Origin: a virus
Virus record (IMG/VR): IMGVR_UViG_3300040751_002893
Coordinates: 1-64,000 of that record
Strand: one strand, 5' to 3'
Length of the DNA stretch: 64,000 nt
Shown here piece by piece: positions 57,914 to 64,000 of this stretch; position 1 is the stretch's first letter, and every line of letters starts with the position of its first letter. The position numbers were made by a program, and so were the translations under genes. The notes beneath the pieces were generated by a model, which had not been told where the DNA came from, searched no databases, and saw nothing but the letters and a program-made list of their open reading frames with translations.

Positions 57914-58073
57914 CTATCTTGGTCATGGATCTCTCTACGAAGAAATCACGAAGTGTCACATGACCTAGACTGGGTGTTGTAAACACATAGTACAACGCCC
58001 CACCTGTTGTATAGTATTTGTCTTTGAGAATGTATATCTTGCCTTTTCGACATTTCCATAGTGTACCAATCAT
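57909..58073 (-). CDS. Small beta-barrel-like protein (MIGTLWK...)
   Basis: Read by hand; ATGA coupling to upstream ORF. Confidence 0.55.
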   Translation of the reverse strand: MIGTLWKCRKGKIYILKDKYYTTGGALYYVFTTPSLGHVTLRDFFVERSMTKIA

Positions 58074-58252
58074 TCTTCTTCCGTTGGTGTTAAGGGTTCA
58101 AAGTATCTATCCAGTTCTCGTAGTCCTTTGACTACCCATGTGTCTCCGTTTGTTATACAAACCATGGTGAAGTAGGGTATGTGTGCATAGTCTATGCTTA
58201 TGCAAGCGTATATGTGCTTACTGTGTCTTGATCTATACAACATCCCTATCAT
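58070..58252 (-). CDS. Small beta-barrel-like protein (MIGMLYR...)
   Basis: ORF track; follows VWA gene. Confidence 0.55.
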   Translation of the reverse strand: MIGMLYRSRHSKHIYACISIDYAHIPYFTMVCITNGDTWVVKGLRELDRYFEPLTPTEEE

Positions 58253-58260
58253 GTTATCAC

Positions 58261-59499
58261 CTAGTCTATCGCTATGACACGTTCATTAGTTGTGAAGTAA
58301 GGGTTCTCCTTGCCTCGTTGGTCAGTCATCCACATGCGTTGGCACTTGCTGGCTATCGGCTTTGGAGCCTCCATATCTGTGAGGATGATGTGACCATCGA
58401 AACCGTTCTCATTGACGTATCGTGTCGGAGCGTCAAAGCATGTGCCGCCACACTTGACACGTTCCCATGTCTTGCGTTCACCTTTCTTCCAAGTGTAGAC
58501 AAGACTCTCGTCCACTTCAGTATCAAAAGGCACAACGGTAAACTCTGCAAGGCTTGATAGGCTATTGAGTTCTGCGAAGAATGAGGCAAGCATTTCATCC
58601 GATACAGAACCAGACTGGTCAATGCTGATAGCAATCTTGGCTTGACGTGTAACCTTGCGACCGGCATGAATGTATGGAAACCTACGGTTAAGTCTACGAA
58701 CAGTCGAACGCTTATTGCTACGCTGTGAAGTCTTGATGAAGTATCTCAGAACCTTGCGCCAGTCAATCTTGGGAGTGATAGCATCCATGATCTGCTTACG
58801 AACGTCTGCCGATACAGATCCCCAGCCTTGACCGCTTGAAGCATCCTTGGCGGCTTTCTCCATAGCATCTTTCAAACGCTCTTTGGCCATAGCCTTTGTC
58901 TCTTCGTCAACGTCACCCCAACCGCTATGGTCGTCAAGAACGTGGTCACCAAGAGAAGAGCCTTGGCCTTGGCCTTGTGATGGATCGCCTTGGCCTTGAC
59001 CGCCTTGACCGTCACCTTGGCCTTGACCATCGTCTTTCTTGAACTGCTCATCTTCTTCAATAATCTTAAGATAAGCCTCAGCAGATAAACCGACAGGATA
59101 GTCTGCGAAAGGTGTATCGGCTTTGCCGGGTATACAGCCACCATCGGGCAACATGTCAGCAATATGACTGTTGATTGCAAGGTCTGTCGCAACGTTCCAC
59201 TTCATAGACATACCCTCAGCCGGAAGTCGTGTGGTGACATGCTCAAAGATGATGTGGTAAAACTCGTGCATTAGAACACCAAGCTTTTGCTTGTCTGTAA
59301 GGCTAGCCATGAACTCTGGATTGTAAAGCATCTCAAACTGTGCTGACTGTGGATTGATACGGACACCAGCAGTTGGAATGTGCTTGGATGGTGCTTTGTG
59401 AATACGTCTTGAAAGACTTGCGAAGAACGGTTCTTGTTGTAGCAAACGGAAAGTGTGCATGTTCAAGTCAAACTTTTCTGTTGTTTCGTTATCACTCAT
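58261..59499 (-). CDS. HEXXH metallopeptidase-like + VWA domain protein (DUF2201-type), MoxR partner
   Basis: HEFYH, WNVATDLAIN, Gly/Gln linker, IDQSGS MIDAS, GGT.F, ILTD. Confidence 0.88.
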   Translation of the reverse strand: MSDNETTEKFDLNMHTFRLLQQEPFFASLSRRIHKAPSKHIPTAGVRINPQSAQFEMLYNPEFMASLTDKQKLGVLMHEFYHIIFEHVTTRLPAEGMSMKWNVATDLAINSHIADMLPDGGCIPGKADTPFADYPVGLSAEAYLKIIEEDEQFKKDDGQGQGDGQGGQGQGDPSQGQGQGSSLGDHVLDDHSGWGDVDEETKAMAKERLKDAMEKAAKDASSGQGWGSVSADVRKQIMDAITPKIDWRKVLRYFIKTSQRSNKRSTVRRLNRRFPYIHAGRKVTRQAKIAISIDQSGSVSDEMLASFFAELNSLSSLAEFTVVPFDTEVDESLVYTWKKGERKTWERVKCGGTCFDAPTRYVNENGFDGHIILTDMEAPKPIASKCQRMWMTDQRGKENPYFTTNERVIAID

Positions 59500-59755
59500 T
59501 GGAATCTCCTTGTTGGGGTGATATAGATAACTTATCCGATTGGGATGGTTTTGTCAAACGTGGTGGACAAAAACTGTCCGGTAGTTTAGAAAGCTCTATT
59601 CTGTCTAGGTTGGTGTGCGCTTCCTCTATCTTTTGAGCTAGGGATTTGACTTCCAAAGGCTCCGACAGTTCTTCAAGCTCTGGTGGAAACTCAATCTTTT
59701 GTCTTTGTATTGCGTAATACGTTATATTGCTGTATTGTAGCTTTGGTCTACTCAT
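59492..59755 (-). CDS. Hypothetical protein; 3' part overlaps a boxed promoter
   Basis: GGAGG RBS. Confidence 0.45.
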   Translation of the reverse strand: MSRPKLQYSNITYYAIQRQKIEFPPELEELSEPLEVKSLAQKIEEAHTNLDRIELSKLPDSFCPPRLTKPSQSDKLSISPQQGDSNE

Positions 59756-59957
59756 TGGTTCCTCCTGTCTTGAAACCCATAGGTGCTTTCTTCTTGGGCT
59801 TTTCTGCCTTGGGAAGTGCTTGTGGTGGCATAGCCATACCCATAAGGGCTTGCAAGGGTATTCCCATAGAGTTGCCTTGTGGTTGCATAGCCATGATTAG
59901 CTTGGATAATAGCTCGTCTGATATGTTCAGTGTAATATTAATCTCGTTATTGCTCAT
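59748..59957 (-). CDS. Hypothetical protein
   Basis: AGGAG RBS; C-terminal PMGF. Confidence 0.55.
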   Translation of the reverse strand: MSNNEINITLNISDELLSKLIMAMQPQGNSMGIPLQALMGMAMPPQALPKAEKPKKKAPMGFKTGGTNE

Positions 59958-60288
59958 TGGTTTCTCCTGCATTGTCTACAATGCTTTTAAGTAGTTGTTG
60001 CTTGTGGGTTGGTAGTAAGGACTTTTGGTGGTTTAGGGTTTCCACGTCGGGCATTAGGAACAAAGACCAGTCTTTGAGAGTCTTGGATAGTTGCCTTGCC
60101 TGTTTCAATGTGATGTTGTGTCTGATGGAATAGCCTGTGGACATGTGTGATAATGTCCATGACTTTTCATCCTCTTTACGATGGACATAGAAAGGGAAGT
60201 CATTTCCGTAGGAACCATCACAATATGTCCAAACTGGATGATTATCTTCAAATGTTCGTATCTTGAATGTACCTTTGCGTATTCTCAT
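59947..60288 (-). CDS. Hypothetical protein
   Basis: GGAG RBS; W.LSH..TG motif. Confidence 0.6.
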   Translation of the reverse strand: MRIRKGTFKIRTFEDNHPVWTYCDGSYGNDFPFYVHRKEDEKSWTLSHMSTGYSIRHNITLKQARQLSKTLKDWSLFLMPDVETLNHQKSLLPTHKQQLLKSIVDNAGETNEQ

Positions 60289-60362
60289 AGGTGTCTCCAT
60301 AGAAAGGGATTATAGTCTCCTTGTTTCAAGGCACAAGGAGCCAAAGCCAGCGAGGTGAAATG

Positions 60363-61424
60363 TTAGTTACCAGCGTTTAGGATACCGACAACATAGTCTT
60401 GGATGGAAGTGCCGTCTACTTCAATCGCCCAAAGTTTAGCGATATTGTAGGTTGATTCGTCAGTTTGAGCCATGGACTGCCACAGAACCATGACGATCTC
60501 TGATGGAAGTTGCAAGAAATATTTTGCAAGGTTATCAAGACGAGTGTCTGATAGACGTTCTGCAAAGATGTTCTTTGCTTTCATCTTTTCGACCATAGCA
60601 TTGTGGTCATTGATCTTCCAACCTTTGATCTTGTCGAACTTACCATCATCTAGAAGATCTTCGATAGTGACTTGACGATCGTACTTGTCAAGGAAGTCTT
60701 TGAAAGCTACTGCACCCTCAAAGCCGATGAAAGAGCAAGCGATATGGTAGGTTACAGATGAACCCTCAATCTCGTTACCCATTCCAGACAAAGTCTGAGA
60801 CAATCGTTCCCAAGAACGTCTTGATGGGTAAACCTTGTTAGGCTCGTAGTCATCATTGTGTTCAAGATGGTTGTGGTTCTGATTGATGAAGTCCCAGATC
60901 TCTTGTGCTACGTTACCCTTAGCCCAATCAAGCCAATCTTCTACCGTAGGTTCTACGTCAAAGACGGTATAGCGATCAAGCTCTGCTGGATCCATCTCAC
61001 CTACTTGGTATTGAGAACCATGCTCTCCACCGTTTACACAAGCAAAGATAAGGGTTTCGGGATGCAGACTGCGACCGGCAATCTTGCGGCTATCACAAAG
61101 CTCAAAGATACCTTGGCGGACTTCAAGCGTAGCTCGGTCTACTTCGTCAAGGAAGAGGACGACAGGAGTATCACAAGCAGTCTTGAACCACTTTGGTGGA
61201 CACCACTCAGTTACATCATTGTCTGATTGCTTTGGCAAGCCAAGCAAGTCACCCTCAGTCATTTGGCTAGCACGTCTTTCGACAACAGGCAAACCGAGTT
61301 CTTTGGCTTTTTGGTATACGATGGTAGATTTACCGATACCATGCCGACCACGAACGAGGACAGGAAACTTTGCGTTAAGGATAGGGTTGATTACGTTAGA
61401 GAATGTTTTGAAGTCAATAGCCAT
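60363..61424 (-). CDS. MoxR/AAA_5-type AAA+ ATPase
   Basis: GRHGIGKS Walker A, LFLDEVDRA Walker B, MDPAELDR, PSRRSW. Confidence 0.92.
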   Translation of the reverse strand: MAIDFKTFSNVINPILNAKFPVLVRGRHGIGKSTIVYQKAKELGLPVVERRASQMTEGDLLGLPKQSDNDVTEWCPPKWFKTACDTPVVLFLDEVDRATLEVRQGIFELCDSRKIAGRSLHPETLIFACVNGGEHGSQYQVGEMDPAELDRYTVFDVEPTVEDWLDWAKGNVAQEIWDFINQNHNHLEHNDDYEPNKVYPSRRSWERLSQTLSGMGNEIEGSSVTYHIACSFIGFEGAVAFKDFLDKYDRQVTIEDLLDDGKFDKIKGWKINDHNAMVEKMKAKNIFAERLSDTRLDNLAKYFLQLPSEIVMVLWQSMAQTDESTYNIAKLWAIEVDGTSIQDYVVGILNAGN

Positions 61425-61475
61425 GGGAGGCCTCCGTTTGTTTTGTTGTTAGTTCTTCGTTATGAAGATGTTTAT

Positions 61476-61519
61476 ATTATAACTAGGTTAGGGTTTGTTG
61501 TCAAGGACATTTTTTGTCC
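61476..61519 (-). promoter_or_regulatory. Consensus sigma70 promoter with abutting palindromic box
   Basis: GGACAAAAAATGTCC|TTGACA-17bp-TATAAT. Confidence 0.9.
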
Positions 61520-61601
61520 GAAGTTTATTTTTTTTCTTGTTGGTGGGTTCTCGTTTACATTTTTGTCTCCGTCAGTTGCTGATGTTTATAATGTATCCTG
61601 T

Positions 61602-61751
61602 TCACTTCGATTCGTCAAGGACATTTTTTGTCCGCTCATCTTTTTTTCTTTTGGGCTGGCTATAGGTTGCCCACTGATCAAGCAGAAATGCAGTCATAAG
61701 GACTATCCCTGTGTTTATAAGGAACATGTAAAAAGCATTGTGATGAATCAT
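61602..61751 (-). CDS. 49-aa membrane peptide
   Basis: Read by hand: MIHHNAFYMFLINTGIVLMTAFLL...; own boxed promoter and GGAG RBS. Confidence 0.55.
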   Translation of the reverse strand: MIHHNAFYMFLINTGIVLMTAFLLDQWATYSQPKRKKDERTKNVLDESK

Positions 61752-61822
61752 GTTGTTCTCCGTTGTTGATGTTTATAATCTATCCGATTGAGTTCAAAAA
61801 GTCAAGGACATTTTTTGTCCGT

Positions 61823-62077
61823 TTATCCAATATGGTACTTGCGTAGTATTGGGAGGTCGTTTTCTTCTATCTCTTGTGCATAATATAACCGAAAACCACG
61901 ATGGGTATATGGCGATATGTACACTCTGAGATCTTCGTCATAAGCAAGATCTTCTTGTCCAGACCATGCTTTTAGCACTTCATGTTCATTTGATGTGTCT
62001 TTCATGTAGATAATAGCTTTATCCCAATACTCATGATCTCCGTCATAGATCGTTATGGTTAGTAAATGATATTTCAT
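61823..62077 (-). CDS. Hypothetical protein
   Basis: GGAGG RBS; boxed promoter at 62103-62146. Confidence 0.65.
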   Translation of the reverse strand: MKYHLLTITIYDGDHEYWDKAIIYMKDTSNEHEVLKAWSGQEDLAYDEDLRVYISPYTHRGFRLYYAQEIEENDLPILRKYHIG

Positions 62078-62302
62078 GTTTCCTCCGTTGTTGGATATTA
62101 GTAATGTATTGTGTTTTATCTCAATTGTCAAGGACATTTTTTGTCCACATTCTATCAAACTCTTTCTTAGTGAATATGAGATAGCGATCTTGTACTTTCA
62201 CATGAACAAAATACTCATGTACAAGATGCTCTACAAGCTTGACTATGATACAAGATACGTTTGGGTTATCTTGTCTTGTGTATATTTCTCCGACTTCCAT
62301 GT

Positions 62303-62491
62303 CTATTCCTCCTTATTTACTTTTTGTAGCATACCCCTAGGGAACGTGAATATGCGATTGTCTTGGAAGATGTGTATGTCATACACACCCTCACGCCTTT
62401 CACACACAACCACGCCTATTATGTTCTCCAACCCATACATGTGTATAAGGTCGCCCACCAGTAGGGTACCAGTACGCATGTTTATTTCCAT
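62303..62491 (-). CDS. Small KOW-like protein
   Basis: LLVGDLI...GVVV. Confidence 0.5.
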   Translation of the reverse strand: MEINMRTGTLLVGDLIHMYGLENIIGVVVCERREGVYDIHIFQDNRIFTFPRGMLQKVNKEE

Positions 62492-63408
62492 GCGTTAATG
62501 TGGACTACAAGGTTTGCAGGTCGCCAATCGGACTTCATACCGTTTTGTAATTGCTCATAGGTTCTCTTCTTGACAAGAGTTCCAAAGGATTCTTTGTAGG
62601 AAGTAATCCACTCTTGGGGTAGGGGAGTAGGGGAGTTGGTGATTACAGACACCAATGAACAAGCTGGTGCACCATTCCAAAAGGAATGTATTCTACCGTT
62701 CTCTCCGACAGTGTTAAACTTCGCATGAAGATTATCAAGTCGTCTTGTCTCTCCATCTACCAACACACAAACTTCTATCGGAGAATGAGCGTCATTATGG
62801 TTCTTGCTCATACCAGAGAATACATTTACAGTATTCCAGTTTATCTTGGTGATGATACCAGTGCTTTTTACTGTTTCTCTATTGTTCCAGCTACCCTTTT
62901 CATAAGTGACTTGAACACAAGCACCAACAGATAGACCACCATCCAGTACAAGGTCTTTGTAGGCCGCGTGTCGCCAGTTCTCATTGGCTTTGTAACAGTC
63001 TTTGAGAAACTGTTCCATGGTCGGACAAGTGCGTCTTGTATGGTCTTTGCCACCACAAAAGCCACATGTTCTATTGACTGCCTTGCGTTTGACTTTGTGT
63101 TCAAAGTTGAATCCACGTTCTTTCTGAACCTTGTATGCTTTGCGACAGTTACGGAACCATGCCGCAAGAGCATTGTTGGCTACATCATCAATAAGAGGAT
63201 CAAAAGCCGCAGTGTGCCATGTAGCATAGTTGTAGCCACGTCTGATAAGATTACCATCTTTGTCTTTGGGAATCTCCAGTCTTGATAAGAAGTTCTCCCA
63301 ATCACCTTTGACGTGTGGGCATTGGTATTGGTTGTGTCCTGTTTCTCGGCAATAGCCACATGTTGCTTTACTTCTGTTTGATGTGTTCTTATTTTCATGA
63401 ATATTCAT
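62482..63408 (-). CDS. Protein with two CCHC zinc knuckles
   Basis: CGYCRETGHNQYQC and CGFCGGKDHTRRTC; GGAG RBS; boxed promoter 63457-63500. Confidence 0.75.
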   Translation of the reverse strand: MNIHENKNTSNRSKATCGYCRETGHNQYQCPHVKGDWENFLSRLEIPKDKDGNLIRRGYNYATWHTAAFDPLIDDVANNALAAWFRNCRKAYKVQKERGFNFEHKVKRKAVNRTCGFCGGKDHTRRTCPTMEQFLKDCYKANENWRHAAYKDLVLDGGLSVGACVQVTYEKGSWNNRETVKSTGIITKINWNTVNVFSGMSKNHNDAHSPIEVCVLVDGETRRLDNLHAKFNTVGENGRIHSFWNGAPACSLVSVITNSPTPLPQEWITSYKESFGTLVKKRTYEQLQNGMKSDWRPANLVVHINAWK

Positions 63409-63501
63409 GTTGTCTCCAATGAAATGTTGTTGATTGTTCGTTGTGAACATATTATTAACTTATTGTGTTTGGTTGAAAAAGTCAAGGACAGAAAATGTCC
63501 T

Positions 63502-63801
63502 TTATGGTTTAAGTGTGTGTTCAGACATGTCTATCTCCATTTCTATGCTCCAAAGAAGTTCTTGGCATTTGTCGAACATAGTTTCCAGTTCTTTTATTTT
63601 GAGCGTGTGTTCTGGGTTGTAGAGGGTTTCAAGGTTCTTTTCTGCCCATGTTAAATCCTCATCATTTTGATCAAAAACACCTAAGAGAAGCTCCAAGCTC
63701 TCAGAGCAAGCCACTTGCAAAGCACCTTTTCGTGTCATGTGGATACTGACTGCTTCTCTACCATCCCATGGTCTTGTTATTGTAACTTCGTATACGTTCA
63801 T
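63502..63801 (-). CDS. Hypothetical protein
   Basis: GAGG RBS before MNVYEV. Confidence 0.6.
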   Translation of the reverse strand: MNVYEVTITRPWDGREAVSIHMTRKGALQVACSESLELLLGVFDQNDEDLTWAEKNLETLYNPEHTLKIKELETMFDKCQELLWSIEMEIDMSEHTLKP

Positions 63802-64000
63802 TGTTTCACCTCTTTGAGTTCTGTTGGGTTGTAATGATGTGTTTTGCCTGTTTTCAAGTTTGTTCCAGTGATATACACTCCATGTGTATACCCTGTTATC
63901 ACCACTAAATCTCCAAGCTGTGATGGAAAATGACTTGCTATTGCAACCACTTCGCATAGTGTTCCTATCTTCATACTCTTTCCTCTCCAGTGAGTTGTTT

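Larger units (their letters stand above)
51041..63500. repeat. Dispersed palindromic box GGACA-N5-TG(T/A)CC, about 19 copies
   Basis: Copies start at 51041, 51644, 51659, 51964, 51979, 52188, 53266, 53676 (GGTCA..TGTCC), 55113, 55568, 56262, 56525, 57193, 59565, 61505, 61619, 61806, 62132, 63486. Confidence 0.9.

Noticed and set aside
58960-59030. Short GGCCTTGACC-type repeats
   Set aside because: Encode the Gly/Gln linker of the VWA protein.
62616-62640. G-run cluster
   Set aside because: Inside a CDS and explained by Pro-rich codons (SPTPLPQ).

Overview
64-kb segment of a large, probably uncultured T4-like (myovirus) phage genome. Genetic code is standard and essentially all real genes are on the minus strand. 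Left part (1-19.5 kb): tail/baseplate genes (LamG-domain giant protein running off the window, gp6-like and gp25-like wedge proteins, M15 peptidase) and a gp55/sigma-like gene. Middle (20-38.6 kb): glycosylation island (epimerase, HAD, HpcH aldolase, CMP-sugar synthetase, GT29-like sialyltransferase, methyltransferase, three GT4), PD-(D/E)XK nuclease, PIN-PhoH, HNH, eukaryote-type PMM and class II aldolase. 32-50 kb: many putative head-internal proteins sharing an MKLTxxxLKQIIxEEL leader, plus a Fis-like HTH, HAD-Nudix fusion, atypical kinase and VWA protein. Right part (50-64 kb): early/host-takeover region of small-gene cassettes, with an Ocr-like protein and a MoxR-VWA pair. The most unusual signal is non-coding and lies in this right part: (i) about 19 copies of a palindromic box GGACA-N5-TG(T/A)CC, most placed 0 or 7 bp upstream of near-consensus sigma70 promoters; (ii) seven sigma54 (-24/-12) sites on the gene-free strand, three in a 48-bp tandem array, six with a fixed upstream TGAGTTAYG motif and two followed by Fur-box-like sequences. 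These look like modular blocks of host transcription-factor binding sites (decoy, roadblock or antisense). All calls are by eye; no database searches were run.
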